Source: Anaeromyxobacteraceae bacterium
GTDB lineage: Bacteria; Myxococcota; Myxococcia; Myxococcales; Anaeromyxobacteraceae
NCBI GenBank assembly: GCA_047602405.1
Contig: JASGHJ010000002.1
Coordinates: 1,248,001-1,312,000 of the forward strand
DNA: 64,000 bases
Direction of reading: 5' to 3'
This document shows positions 10,742-21,786 of the stretch, piece by piece. Under the pieces are notes generated by a model. The model ran no database searches. It was not told the DNA's origin and worked only from the letters and a program-made list of their open reading frames with translations. The position numbers were made by a program, and so were the translations under genes. Numbering within the stretch: position 1 is the stretch's first letter; each line of letters opens with the position of its first letter.

Positions 10742-12841
10742 GTGCCCTTCCAGCTCCAGAGCGACTTCGCTCCCACCGGGGATCAGCCTCGCGCGATCTC
10801 CGAGCTGACCGCAGGGTTGCGCCGGGGAGACCCCCACCAGGTCCTCCTCGGCGTCACCGGCTCCGGCAAGACCTTCACCATCGCGAACGTCGTCTCCGAG
10901 GTGAAGCGGCCGACGCTCGTCATCGCCCACAACAAGACGCTCGCCGCCCAGCTGTACGGGGAGTTCAAGTCGCTCTTCCCCGACGCCGCGGTCCACTACT
11001 TCGTCAGCTACTACGACTACTACCAGCCCGAGGCGTACGTGCCGTCCTCGGACACGTACATCGAGAAGGACTCGTCCATCAACGACGAGATCGACCGGAT
11101 GCGGCACGCGGCCACGCACGCGCTCCTCACCCGGAACGACGTCCTCATCGTCGCCTCGGTGTCCTGCATCTACGGCCTCGGCACCGCGGAGGCCTACTAC
11201 GGCCTCCTCCAGCAGATCGAGCGCGGCCAGGAGTTCCTGCGCGACCGCTTCATCCGCTCGCTCATCGACATCCAGTACGAGCGCAACGACACCGACTTCC
11301 ACCGCGGCACCTTCCGCGTGCGCGGCGACACCATCGAGGTGTTCCCGCCCTACGAGGAGGACCGCGCGCTCCGCATCGAGTTCTTCGGGGACGTGATCGA
11401 GTCGATCCACGAGTTCGACCCGCTCCGCGGCGCGACGCTCGCCGAGCTCGACAAGGCCGCCATCTTCCCGAACAGCCACTACGTCTCGGCGCCCGAGACC
11501 CGCAAGCGCGCCATCGACGGCATCCGCGAGGAGCTCCGCGAGCGGCTCGGGTTCCTCAAGGACCAGAACAAGCTCGTCGAGGCCCAGCGGCTCGAGCAGC
11601 GCACGATGTTCGACCTCGAGATGCTCGAGCAGATGGGCTTCTGCCCCGGCATCGAGAACTACTCGCGCTGGTTCTCGGGCCGCAAGCCCGGCGACCCGCC
11701 GCCCTGCCTCCTCGACTACTTCCCGAAGGACTTCCTCCTCGTCCTCGACGAGTCGCACCAGACCGTCCCGCAGATCGGCTCCATGTACAAGGGGGACCGC
11801 TCCCGAAAGGAGACCCTCGTCGAGTACGGCTTCCGGCTCCCCTCCGCCCTCGACAACCGACCGCTCAAGTTCGAGGAGTTCGAGGCGCTGGCGCGCCAGG
11901 CGATCTACGTCTCGGCGACGCCCGCCGACTACGAGCTCGAGAAGGCGCAAGGGATCGTCGTCGAGCAGATCATCCGCCCCACCGGCCTCATCGACCCCGA
12001 GGTCGAGATCCGGCCGGTCGGCTCGCAGGTCGACGACCTCCTCGGCGAGGTGCGCAAGCGCGCCGAGGCCCGGGAGCGCGTGCTCGTCACGACGCTCACG
12101 AAGCGCATGGCGGAGGACCTCACCGAGTACTTCACCGACGTCGGCGTGAAGTGCCGCTACCTGCACTCCGACATCGACACGCTCGAGCGCTCCGCGGTCA
12201 TCCGGGACCTCCGCCGCGGGGAGTTCGACGTCCTCATCGGCATCAACCTGCTCCGCGAGGGGCTCGACATCCCGGAGGTCTCGCTCGTCGCCGTGCTCGA
12301 CGCCGACAAGGAGGGCTTCCTGCGCTCCTCGGTGTCGCTCGTGCAGACCATCGGGCGCGCCGCGCGCAACGTGAACGGCCGGGTCATCCTCTACGCCGAC
12401 CACGTCACCGACTCGATGAAGAAGGCCATCGAGGAGACCGAGCGCCGCCGCGAGAAGCAGAAGGCCTACAACGCCGAGCACGGCATCACGCCGCAGACGG
12501 TGAAGCGCAACATCTCCGACCTCTCGATGGCGGTGGTCGAGGCCGACTACCACACGGTCTCGCTCTCCGGGGAGGGCGCCGAGTACCGGCCGGAGGACCT
12601 GCCGGCCATCATCGAGGCGCTCGAGGCCGAGATGAAGGCCTCCGCCGAGGCGCTCGACTTCGAGAAGGCGGCGGAGCTTCGCGACCGGCTGCTCGCGCTC
12701 AAGGAGGCCGCGCTCGGCGTGCCCGCGGTCGTCGCCGGCCAGAAGGGCTACCTCGGCTCGCAGGTCATCGCGAACGCCGAGTCGATGGGGAAGCTCCGGG
12801 GCGCGAAGCGGCCGCAACAGCCGCGGCGGCGGCGCAGGTGA
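10742..12841 (+). CDS. uvrB: Excinuclease ABC subunit B
   Basis: [48 protein letters not shown]. Confidence 0.98.
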   Translation: MPFQLQSDFAPTGDQPRAISELTAGLRRGDPHQVLLGVTGSGKTFTIANVVSEVKRPTLVIAHNKTLAAQLYGEFKSLFPDAAVHYFVSYYDYYQPEAYVPSSDTYIEKDSSINDEIDRMRHAATHALLTRNDVLIVASVSCIYGLGTAEAYYGLLQQIERGQEFLRDRFIRSLIDIQYERNDTDFHRGTFRVRGDTIEVFPPYEEDRALRIEFFGDVIESIHEFDPLRGATLAELDKAAIFPNSHYVSAPETRKRAIDGIREELRERLGFLKDQNKLVEAQRLEQRTMFDLEMLEQMGFCPGIENYSRWFSGRKPGDPPPCLLDYFPKDFLLVLDESHQTVPQIGSMYKGDRSRKETLVEYGFRLPSALDNRPLKFEEFEALARQAIYVSATPADYELEKAQGIVVEQIIRPTGLIDPEVEIRPVGSQVDDLLGEVRKRAEARERVLVTTLTKRMAEDLTEYFTDVGVKCRYLHSDIDTLERSAVIRDLRRGEFDVLIGINLLREGLDIPEVSLVAVLDADKEGFLRSSVSLVQTIGRAARNVNGRVILYADHVTDSMKKAIEETERRREKQKAYNAEHGITPQTVKRNISDLSMAVVEADYHTVSLSGEGAEYRPEDLPAIIEALEAEMKASAEALDFEKAAELRDRLLALKEAALGVPAVVAGQKGYLGSQVIANAESMGKLRGAKRPQQPRRRRR

Positions 12842-12929
12842 CCTTCCGTCTGCCCCGAGCGTAGCGGCCGCGTGAGTGGCCGCGGAGACGAGGGGCGGTC
12901 GGGGCACGGCCCGAGGTAGACTGCGCCCC

Positions 12930-14468
12930 GTGCCCGGCCTCTCCCTCTGCATGATCGTCCGCGACGAGGCGGAGCTCCTGCCGGAGTTCCTCCGCCGCGC
13001 GCGCGGGCTCTGGGACGAGCTCCGGGTCGTGGACACGGGCTCGAGGGACGCCTCGCCACGGCTCCTCGCGGAGGCGGGCGCGACCGTGCTGCACGCGCCG
13101 TGGTCCGGCGACTTCGCCGAGGCCCGCAACCGGTCGCTCGAGGGCGCGACCGGCGAGTGGATTGCGGTGCTCGACGCCGACGAGATGGTCTCGGAGGCGT
13201 TCGTGAGGGACGCGCGCGGGCTCGTCGGGGACCCCTCGGCCGGCGCGGCCACGCTGCGGATGCTGAACCGCATGCCCCACGGGCACGTCCGGGAGGCGCG
13301 CCTCCTGCGCCTGTTTCGCAACGACCCCTCCATCCGGTTCCGGCACGCCATCCACGAGGACGCCTCCGAGGCGGTGTCGGCGCACCTCGCCGCGACCGGG
13401 CGGCGGCTCGTCCACCTCGAGGGCCCGGTCGACCACCTCGGCTACGTCCGGGCGCGCGCCGCGGCGAAGGACAAGAAGGCCCGCGACGTCGCGCTCCTCG
13501 AGCGGTGCCTCGCCGCGGACCCGCGGGACCTCTACGCCCACCTGAAGCTCCTCGAGCAGGCGCGCTTCTGGGGCGACCAGGAGCTGTGGGGGAGGGCCGC
13601 CGCGCGCGCGCGCGACGCGGTCGACGCCGCGGGTGCGGGGCTCGCGGCGGTCCCGCACGGCGGGGAGCTGCTCGTGCTGGTCGTGGACGGCCTCGGGCTC
13701 GCCCCGGCCGCGGCGCTCGCCTGGCTCGACGCGCGGGAGGCGCGGGCGGCCCCCTCGGCGGCGCTCCGGTTGCGCCGCGGGGAGCTCCTCGAGCGGCTCG
13801 GTCGACTGCCCGAGGCGGCCGCGGCCTTCGAAGGGGCGCGCGCGCTCGATGCGGTCACCGCGAACCTGCAGCTCGCGACGGTGCGGCCTCTGCTCGGGCT
13901 CGCGCGGCTGGCCATCGCGCGCGGGCAGCTCGACGAGGCCCGCGGGCGGGTCGACGAGGCGCTCGGGCTCGCCCCGCGGGACCCGGAGGCGCTGCTCGCG
14001 GCGGTGACGCTCGCGGGCGCGGCCGGCGGCGGCGCGGGGATGCGCGCGCTCGCGGCCGCGCACGCGGCGCGCCACGGGGAGAGCGAGGAGCTCGCGGCCG
14101 CGGTGGGGGAGGGGGCGCTCCGGCTCGGCGACCGCGCGCTCGCGATCGAGGTGCTCTCGCGCGGCGCGCCGACGCGGCTCCTCGCCGTCGCGCGGCTCGC
14201 GGACGGAGACCTCGAAGGCGCCCGGGCCGCGGCCGGGGCCGCGGCAGGGGACGATCCCGCGGCAGCGCTCGCGGCGGTGCTCGCGGACCTCGCCGGCGGG
14301 CGGGACGCGGCGCTCGAGCTCGAGCTGTCGGTGGAGGAGGCCGCCGCCGCGCTGCGCGGGATGGCGGCGCTCCTCAGGGCCGCGGCGCGGCCCGGGGTGC
14401 GGGAGGCGCTGCGGGCCGCGGCGCCTGCGCTCGCGGGGCCGTTCCCGTGGCTGCCGGGCGCGCTGTGA
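12930..14468 (+). CDS. Glycosyltransferase family 2 with TPR-like helical C-terminus
   Basis: LSLCMIVRDEA, VVDTGSRD, DFAEARNRSL, LDADE, IHE, HLGY. Confidence 0.88.
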   Translation: MPGLSLCMIVRDEAELLPEFLRRARGLWDELRVVDTGSRDASPRLLAEAGATVLHAPWSGDFAEARNRSLEGATGEWIAVLDADEMVSEAFVRDARGLVGDPSAGAATLRMLNRMPHGHVREARLLRLFRNDPSIRFRHAIHEDASEAVSAHLAATGRRLVHLEGPVDHLGYVRARAAAKDKKARDVALLERCLAADPRDLYAHLKLLEQARFWGDQELWGRAAARARDAVDAAGAGLAAVPHGGELLVLVVDGLGLAPAAALAWLDAREARAAPSAALRLRRGELLERLGRLPEAAAAFEGARALDAVTANLQLATVRPLLGLARLAIARGQLDEARGRVDEALGLAPRDPEALLAAVTLAGAAGGGAGMRALAAAHAARHGESEELAAAVGEGALRLGDRALAIEVLSRGAPTRLLAVARLADGDLEGARAAAGAAAGDDPAAALAAVLADLAGGRDAALELELSVEEAAAALRGMAALLRAAARPGVREALRAAAPALAGPFPWLPGAL

Positions 14469-15330
14469 CGCCGTCGGCGGCCTCGTCGAACCCCTGCTCG
14501 AGCCCCTCGACCGCGTGCTTCAGCGCGCCGACGGTCGCGTTCACGGCGTCGACGGACCTGCGCTGCTCGTTGGCCGCGTCGTGCGAGCGCTGGACCGCGT
14601 CCTGCAGCTCCTTCACCGCCTTGCCGAGCTCGGCGAGCGTCCGCTGGATCTCGGAGGAGCTGTCCTTCGTCTCCTCGGCGAGGCGGGTCATGTCCTTCGC
14701 GACCACGCCGAACGCCCGGCCGTGATCGCCGGCGCGCGTGGCCTCGATCGAGCCGTTGATGCTGAGGATGCGCGCCTGCTGCGCGATGCGGTGCACGGCG
14801 GCGAGTGTGATCTCGGCCTGCTCGAGCTTCGCGACCGCCACCTGCACGGCGCGGGCGGTGGTGTCGGCGCTCGCCTGGGCCGTGGAGGCGCCGGCCTCGA
14901 GCCGCAGCGAGAGCTCGTCGATGCCCGCGAAGACCTGGCCCGCGGTGCGGTGGAGCGCCTGGGTCTGGTGGAGCTCCTTCAACCACCCGGAGAGCACGCG
15001 CGCCGCGATGTGCGCGACCGGCCGCGTGACCTCGAGCTTCCCGGCGATGCCGAAGGTCGCGACGCGGCGGCCGTTCAGCACGATGGGGCAGTTCAGCCCC
15101 TCCTTGACGAGCGGGTTCGCGGCGGCCTCGTCGGCGGTGACCGCGTACTCGTCGCACGAGCCCTCGAGCACCTTCTTCGCGAACGCGTGCGACGTGCCGA
15201 TCCGCTCGCGGACCGTCGCGCGGACGATGGTCCCCGTCTCGTCGCAGGCGATGACGTGGAAGCCCGTCTCGGCCCGGATGAAGTCCAGGAACCGGTCGGT
15301 CAGCTTCAGGAACTCAGCGTCGAGGGGCAT
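14374..15330 (-). CDS. Soluble methyl-accepting chemotaxis protein with a sugar-diacid-recognition-like N-terminal domain
   Basis: MCP hairpin RILSINGSIEATRAGDHGRAFGVVAKDM; N-terminal ERIGTSH...VKEGLNCPI resembles the CdaR diacid domain; no TM. Confidence 0.8.
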   Translation of the reverse strand: MPLDAEFLKLTDRFLDFIRAETGFHVIACDETGTIVRATVRERIGTSHAFAKKVLEGSCDEYAVTADEAAANPLVKEGLNCPIVLNGRRVATFGIAGKLEVTRPVAHIAARVLSGWLKELHQTQALHRTAGQVFAGIDELSLRLEAGASTAQASADTTARAVQVAVAKLEQAEITLAAVHRIAQQARILSINGSIEATRAGDHGRAFGVVAKDMTRLAEETKDSSSEIQRTLAELGKAVKELQDAVQRSHDAANEQRRSVDAVNATVGALKHAVEGLEQGFDEAADGVTARPAATGTAPRAQAPRPAAPPAPRAAPRP

Positions 15331-15511
15331 AGGTAACCCAGCGAAGCCTCTAGAGCATGGGCCGTGCCACGGCGCACGGGCGTGAGGTCGCGGCTACGGC
15401 CGGGGTCCGCCACCACCCCGGGTCTCAGGGGAGGGGCCCGGGTGTGCCCCGGCGGGCTGCGGGGGAGAATTCTACTCGACGTGCGGGTGCACACCGCTAC
15501 AGTGCCCGAAG

Positions 15512-16394
15512 ATGACCTCCCTCCTGCTTCCCCTGCTGGCCGCGGTCGCGGCGGCGGGCCCGGCTGCGCCGCAGGAGGGCGCTGACCCACGACCGCCCGG
15601 TGAAGCGTCGACGGCTGCCCTCCGCGTGCGCGTGTTCCTCCGCGACGGGCGGACCTTCGACGCCGAGCTCGTCCGGCGCGGTGGGGGCGTGCTCGAGATT
15701 CCGCCGCGCCGGGCAGCTCGAGACCTACCCGGACGCGGACGTGCGGGAGGTCCTGGAGCTCGACAGCCTCCGCGAGGACAAGGGGGGCCCCGCGACGCCG
15801 GCCCACCTCGGGCATCTGCACCTGCCCTCGGCGTTCGGCCCCGCGCGCGGGGCGCTCGCGGTCCGGGTCACGCCGGCGACGGCCGGGGTCACCTACGGCG
15901 CCCTCGCCTGGCTCACGGTGTCGGCCGGCGTGCAGGGTGATCTCACCGGGTCGGGCACGTTCCCGTCGCCGGCCCTCGTGGCGGGGCTGGATCTCCACGC
16001 GGCGCCGCTCTCCTGGCTCCACGCGTCCGCGGGGCTGCGCGGCTTCGGGTACCGCCGCGGCCTCACCGTCTACGGGGCGGGGGCGGTGACGCTGGGCTCC
16101 CCGGACGTCAACTTCACGCTCGCGGCGGGACCCCCGCACGCCTGGGCCGGGAGGTTCGGCGCCTTCGACCGCGTCGGGTACGGCGCGGCCATGGACGTGC
16201 GCATCCTGCGGTTCGCCTCGCTGGTCGCGGAGGCGTGGCTCTCCTCCGAGCGGGAGCACGACCTCGCCGCGGGCGGCGCGGTGCGGCTCATGCGCGGTGC
16301 GTTCTTCGCGGACCTCGGGGTCATCGCCTCGACGCGCTCCGCCCTGCCGTGGGTCGGGCTCGCGTGGACGCCCGCCCGGAGGGCGCAGCCATGA
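15512..16394 (+). CDS. Secreted or outer-membrane hypothetical protein, +1 frameshift at ~15700
   Basis: Signal peptide MTSLLLPLLAAVAAA. Removing one T at 15699/15700 joins ...GVLEI-RRAGQLETY; beta-strand-rich C-terminus. Confidence 0.65.
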
Positions 16395-18622
16395 AGGCCT
16401 GGGGCCTCCTCGTCGTGGCGCTCGGCGCCGGCGGGTGCGTCCTGCTCGACCGGCACACGCTCGAGGTCGAGCCGACGGACGCGATCCTGGTCGCCGGACC
16501 GCCCACGTTCCAGCTGGACGTCCGGAGCCCGGCGAGGGAGGTGGAGGTCGCCGTCGACGGCGTCCTCGCCGGCAGGTACGCGCCCGGGCGACACGACCTC
16601 GCGCTCCCGGCCAGCGTGGCCGTCGCCGGCGTGCACGAGCTCGTCGTCCGGGAGCTGGGCCTCCCCTCCCCGTCGACCGTGCGCCGGGCGCTCGGGTTCT
16701 ACCCCTCGGGCGTCGGGATCCAGTCCCAGTGGCCGGCCGTGAACGAGGTCGCCCCCGACGGCCCGATCGCGCTCGGCGTGACCTTCCCGGTGCAGCTCCT
16801 GTGTCCGCTCGTCACGCAGGAGAACGCGTGGCTCGAGTCCGGGGGCGCGCGGCTCGCGGTGAAGCCGCGCTGCTCGGACGACGCCCGCACCATCCTCTTC
16901 GACCTGGCGGGAGGGCTGTCGGCGCAGGGCGCGGTGGAGGCGGTCGTCTCCGGACGACTGTTCGGCCAGCCGGGCGAGCTCAGGGCGGGGTGGGTCGGGG
17001 GCACGGTCCAGCTCTCGGTGGCCATCGCGTCGCCGCTGCCGAACGACCCGCCGACCTCGACGTACGTCATCGCCGTGTCGGCGCAGCTGGGGGCGGCGTC
17101 GCCGGCGCAGCTCGAGCTCTCGGCGGGATCGATCGACCTGGCGACGCTCGGCGGCCTGCCCCAGCAGAAGTCCTGGCAGGTCACCTGGGAGACCGCGCAG
17201 GTCCCCGACGGCGACTATCCACTCACCGTGACGGCGCCCGCCCCGTTCAAGGTCGTCTACGGCTCCCCCGGCGCGCCGACCCTCACGGTGGACAACCTCC
17301 CGCCCGGGCTCGCGCAGTGCCCGGTGCTCGCGTCCTACCGCGCGTGCATCCGGCCCGTGCTCGACGGCCCCGGGTTCCTGGGCGACGCGCGGCTCGTGCT
17401 GGCCGGCCTCACCGTGCCCTTCTTCGTCGATCACGACGGGAACTACTGCCCGAAGGCCGACGACGGGCCGAGCTTCGAGCCGTTGACCCCGCCCGCGTAC
17501 GGGCCCACCGACCTGGACGGCACCGCGCGGCTGGAGTTCGACGTCTACACGAAGCAGTTCAGGAAGGGCCTCGTCACCTGCGACCAGGCGCTGCCGCGGT
17601 GGACGCCGCTGTGGGGCGACCCGGTCCCCGGGCTCACCGCGTCCGGCCGGATCATGCACGTGCAGGACACCGACTGCGTGAGCGGCGTCTGCCCCCCGGC
17701 GCCCCGCGACGCCGTCCTGGCGCTCGGCGCCGGCGCCGACGCAGGGAAGGTCAGGCTCTGGACGCGCTCCGGCGCGGCGTGGAGCGCCTCCGGACCGCTC
17801 AACCACGAGGCCGGGGCGGTCGCGAGCGGGCTCGCGGGCCGGTACTGGATCGAGCGCGTCGGCGGGGGAGCGGGGGTCGTGCGCTCCGACGGTCCCGACC
17901 CGCTGAACCTCGTGGCGGGTGCCGACGCGACGTCGCTCGCCGGGGCGATGCACGAGCCCTGGGTCCTCACCCAGGACGTCGCGGCCTGGTCGGAGCAGGC
18001 GTCGCCATCGGGCCGGGTGGTGGTCGTCGCGGGGGCCCCGCTCCCGCGCCGCGACCCCGCCGCGGTCGCCGACGAGCCCGCCGTGATGTACGCGTGGGCG
18101 CTCCTCGACGGGGTCTCCGCGGAGAAGCTCGTGGCCTTCACGGAGCGGGTACCCGGAGGCGCCGCCCGCGTTCGCGCCGCGCGCGTCTCGAGCGGCGGGG
18201 TGACCTTCCTCGACGCGATCGACAGCCTCGACGTGGCCTCCGACGCCCGCACCCCGACCGTGTTCGGCGCGTTCGGGCTGGCCGCCATTGCCTGGCTGGA
18301 GCACGACCGCGTGCTGGCCCAGGTCGTGACGACCGCCCCTCCGGGCGCGGTGATCCCGCTCGGCGACGCCGCGCGGAAGGCGCGCGAGCCGCGGTTCGAC
18401 CCGAACGGCCGCACGCCGGTGCTCTACTGGATCGAGGAGACCCCGGCGGGCGACGCGATCCGCGTGGCGCGTTACCGGTCGGAGGGCTGGACGTACGACC
18501 CGAGCCCGGTGAACGCGCCGGTCGCGGGCGCGGTGCCGTCCTTCGCCGTCGACGCGAACCGGGTGAGCTGGGTGGACGGCGCGGGCGCGGTCCACGTCCG
18601 GTTCGCGAACTTCCCGAGGTGA
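16391..18622 (+). CDS. Large hypothetical lipoprotein (Ig-like/beta-rich)
   Basis: ATGA overlap with the upstream gene; lipobox ALGAGGC; typical codon bias. Confidence 0.75.
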   Translation: MKAWGLLVVALGAGGCVLLDRHTLEVEPTDAILVAGPPTFQLDVRSPAREVEVAVDGVLAGRYAPGRHDLALPASVAVAGVHELVVRELGLPSPSTVRRALGFYPSGVGIQSQWPAVNEVAPDGPIALGVTFPVQLLCPLVTQENAWLESGGARLAVKPRCSDDARTILFDLAGGLSAQGAVEAVVSGRLFGQPGELRAGWVGGTVQLSVAIASPLPNDPPTSTYVIAVSAQLGAASPAQLELSAGSIDLATLGGLPQQKSWQVTWETAQVPDGDYPLTVTAPAPFKVVYGSPGAPTLTVDNLPPGLAQCPVLASYRACIRPVLDGPGFLGDARLVLAGLTVPFFVDHDGNYCPKADDGPSFEPLTPPAYGPTDLDGTARLEFDVYTKQFRKGLVTCDQALPRWTPLWGDPVPGLTASGRIMHVQDTDCVSGVCPPAPRDAVLALGAGADAGKVRLWTRSGAAWSASGPLNHEAGAVASGLAGRYWIERVGGGAGVVRSDGPDPLNLVAGADATSLAGAMHEPWVLTQDVAAWSEQASPSGRVVVVAGAPLPRRDPAAVADEPAVMYAWALLDGVSAEKLVAFTERVPGGAARVRAARVSSGGVTFLDAIDSLDVASDARTPTVFGAFGLAAIAWLEHDRVLAQVVTTAPPGAVIPLGDAARKAREPRFDPNGRTPVLYWIEETPAGDAIRVARYRSEGWTYDPSPVNAPVAGAVPSFAVDANRVSWVDGAGAVHVRFANFPR

Positions 18623-18626
18623 GGGC

Positions 18627-19401
18627 TCAGCCCTCCTTCTCCACCTTCCAGATTCTGCTCTGCCGGCCAGCGCCGGGCCCACTCCGGCGGGGCGTAGGTG
18701 GTGTAGGTCGTCGACGCCTTCTCCGCCGGCCGGAGCTCGACGAGATCCACGACCCTGAGGCCGTTCGCGAGGAACAGACGGATCCAGTCGCCGTAGCCGA
18801 GCATGAACTCGACCATGCCGCGATCGAAGCCCGCGGGCGGGGTCGTGTCCTCGAAGCGGTGCATGCCGAAGTAGTCGAGGACGAGGCGCTTGCCGACCGC
18901 CTGCTTCTCGGGGTCCCAGCAGGCGTGGAGCCACGGCGTCGCGGCGTTGAACGCGAGCCGGCCGCCCTTGCGCAGGAGCCGCGCGACCTCCGGGACCCAG
19001 CGGTGCGGATCGACGAAGCCGGGCGCGCCGTGGTCGGCGAAGACGAGGTCGAAGGCGGAGGAGGGGAGGCCGGTCTCGTCGGCGGAGGCGTGGACGAGCC
19101 GCACCTCGACGCCCGCCTCGCGCACCTGGTCCCGGGCGAAGGCGAGCTGCGCCTCGGACACGTCGAGGCCGGTCATGCGCGCGCCCCTCCGCGCGAGCGC
19201 GATCGCCCACTGCGCGCCGCCGCAGCCGAGCTCGAGCACGTCCTTGCCGGCGACGTCGCCGAGGACGCGGAGCTCGCGCTCCGGCAGGCCCCAGACGCCC
19301 CACCTCGGCTCGGTCTTCGAGAGCGTCGCCGCGTTGCGCCGCTGGTAGTCGGCGGAGTCGGCGTTCCAAACGGCCTGGTTGCGGCGGACGTCGTCGTGCA
19401 T
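18627..19401 (-). CDS. Class I SAM-dependent methyltransferase (true stop ~18627 after correcting +1 at ~18653)
   Basis: VLELGCGGAQ, GLDVSEAQL, RLLRKGGRL. Removing one base gives ...WPAEQIWKVEKEG-stop and eliminates a 150-nt overlap. Confidence 0.88.
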
Positions 19402-19508
19402 GTTCCCTCCGGCGCGGGCAGACTAATCGACCCGCCGGCGGTGCCTAGGCCCCCGAGGTGGCGACCGGGGTGATCCCGGGCCCGATTCCGGGTTAAGTCC
19501 TCCTTCCG

Positions 19509-21686
19509 ATGGAACCCGCCCTCCGGCGCAAGCTCGACGACCTCCCGGCGGAGCCCGGCTGCTACCTCATGAAGGACCGGGCGGGGGCCGTCGTGTACGT
19601 CGGCAAGGCGGCGAGCCTGCGCTCCCGCGTCCGGCAGTACTTCGACGCGTCGCGGACCGACGACCGCATCTTCATCCCGCTCCTCGAGGACCTGCTCGGC
19701 GACATCCAGGTCATCGTCACCCGCTCCGAGAAGGAGGCGGTGCTCCTCGAGAACGAGCTCATCAAGAAGCACAAGCCGCGCTTCAACGTCCGGCTGCGCG
19801 ACGACAAGGACTTCATCGTGCTGCGCCTCGACGAGGCGCACCCCTTCCCGCGCCTGGAGGTCCGCCGCGCGCGCGAGGCGCGCCGGCCGGGGGCGCGCTA
19901 CTTCGGCCCGTACGCCTCGGCCTCGTCCATCCGCGAGACCCTGCGGATCGTGAACCGGCACTTCGGCCTGAGGACCTGCACCGACCACGTCTTCGACCAC
20001 CGCAAGCGCCCGTGCATCCTCTTCCAGATCAAGCGGTGCCCGGCGCCGTGCGTGTACGAGCTCCCGCCCCAGGAGTACCGGTCGTCCGTCGAGGACGCGG
20101 TCGCGTTCCTGGAGGGGCGGGAGACCGAGCTCGTCGAGCGCCTGCGCGCGCGCATGCAGGACGCCGCCGCGGGGCTCCGCTACGAGGAGGCCGCGCGGCT
20201 GCGCGACCAGGTCGTGGCCGTCGAGCGCAGCCTCGAGAAGCAGCGCGTGCTGATGGCGGACCGCACCGACCGCGACGTCATCGGGCTCTACCGCGAGGGG
20301 CCGGACCTCGTGCTGCAGCTCCTGCGCATGCGCGGCGGGAAGCTGCAGGAGTCGGGCAGCCACCCGGTGAAGGGGAACGAGTTCCCCGACGCCGACATCC
20401 TCTCGTCCTTTCTCTCCTTCCTGTACGAGGTCGAGCCCGCGCCCGACGAGATCCTCGTGCCCGTCGAGCCCACCGCCGCCGAGGGCCTCGCCGACGTGCT
20501 CAGCGAGCGCAAGGGCCGCCGCGTGAAGCTCCTCACCCCGCAGCGCGGGGCGAAGGCGGACCTGCTCGAGGTCGCCGCCCGCAACGCCGAGCAGGGCTTC
20601 AAGGACTGGCACGAGAAGGACGAGCGGCGCGAGGAGGCCCTCGTCGCGCTCACCCGCGCGCTGCACCTCTCCCGGGCGCCGCGCTGGATGGAGTGCTACG
20701 ACATCTCGACCTTCCAGGGCGCGCTCGCGGTCGGCTCCGGCGTGTCGTTCAAGGACGGCGAGCCCGACAAGGCGAACTACCGCCGGTACAAGGTGAAGGG
20801 CGTCGCCGGGCAGGACGACTTCGCGATGCTCCACGAGGTCATCACGCGCCGGCTGAGGCGCGCGATGAACGAGGGCGCGTTCCCGGACCTCATCGTCATC
20901 GACGGCGGCAAGGGCCAGCTCAACGCCGCGCTCGCCGCGGCGGCCGACCTCGGCCTGCCGACGAAGCCCGCGGTCGGGAACGTCGGCGTGCCGTACGTCG
21001 AGCTCGTCGGCCTCGCGAAGAGCCGGCTCGTCGACGCCGCGACGCTCGGCACGACGCGGGTCATCCGGGGGCGAGGCCGGAAGGCGGCGGCGGCCGTCAC
21101 GGCGGCCTCCATGCTCGCGGACGCCGTCGAGACGCAGGAGAAGGGCTTCGTGCCCGAGTCGGCGCGGACGCCGGAGCGGGTGTTCCTGCCGGGGCGGAAG
21201 GATCCGGTGATCCTCCGGCAGAACTCGGCGGAGCTGTTCGTGCTGGCGCGCCTGCGGGACGAGGCGCACCGCTTCGCGATCACGTTCCACCGCAAGCTCA
21301 GGCGCGAGCGGAACTTCCAGTCGGTGCTGGACCAGATCCCGGGCATCGGCGAGGGCCGGAAGAAGGCCCTGCTCCGGGAGCTCGGGTCGCTGAAGCGGAT
21401 CCGCGAGGCGACGGCGGAGGAGCTGGCGCGGGTGGAGGGGTTCGGCGCCCGGCAGGCCGGCCTGGTGTACGAGTTCTTCCATCCATCCCCTGCGGCGGCT
21501 TCAGCCGCCGCCCCCACGGATTCCCTGGACCCGTCCCCGACGCTCGAGTCCCTCGACGACCCGGCGCTCATCGACACCACCGAGGCCGCCATCGACGCCG
21601 CCCTCGCCGAGGAGGGCCAGGAGGGGGCGGCCCCCGCGGAGGGCGACGTCGCCCCGCCGCCCCAGGCCATCGAGACCGAGTCCTGA
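19509..21686 (+). CDS. uvrC: Excinuclease ABC subunit C
   Basis: GIY-YIG ([19 protein letters not shown]), [29 protein letters not shown], HhH. Confidence 0.97.
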   Translation: MEPALRRKLDDLPAEPGCYLMKDRAGAVVYVGKAASLRSRVRQYFDASRTDDRIFIPLLEDLLGDIQVIVTRSEKEAVLLENELIKKHKPRFNVRLRDDKDFIVLRLDEAHPFPRLEVRRAREARRPGARYFGPYASASSIRETLRIVNRHFGLRTCTDHVFDHRKRPCILFQIKRCPAPCVYELPPQEYRSSVEDAVAFLEGRETELVERLRARMQDAAAGLRYEEAARLRDQVVAVERSLEKQRVLMADRTDRDVIGLYREGPDLVLQLLRMRGGKLQESGSHPVKGNEFPDADILSSFLSFLYEVEPAPDEILVPVEPTAAEGLADVLSERKGRRVKLLTPQRGAKADLLEVAARNAEQGFKDWHEKDERREEALVALTRALHLSRAPRWMECYDISTFQGALAVGSGVSFKDGEPDKANYRRYKVKGVAGQDDFAMLHEVITRRLRRAMNEGAFPDLIVIDGGKGQLNAALAAAADLGLPTKPAVGNVGVPYVELVGLAKSRLVDAATLGTTRVIRGRGRKAAAAVTAASMLADAVETQEKGFVPESARTPERVFLPGRKDPVILRQNSAELFVLARLRDEAHRFAITFHRKLRRERNFQSVLDQIPGIGEGRKKALLRELGSLKRIREATAEELARVEGFGARQAGLVYEFFHPSPAAASAAAPTDSLDPSPTLESLDDPALIDTTEAAIDAALAEEGQEGAAPAEGDVAPPPQAIETES

Positions 21687-21786
21687 TCTCGTCCCGCCCG
21701 AGCGCCCCCCGGAGCAGGAACCCCACCTTTCGCCCTCACCTTCCGTGCGGGCAGGTACAGTCGCCGGAGGAGGCCTCCCCCGGCCG

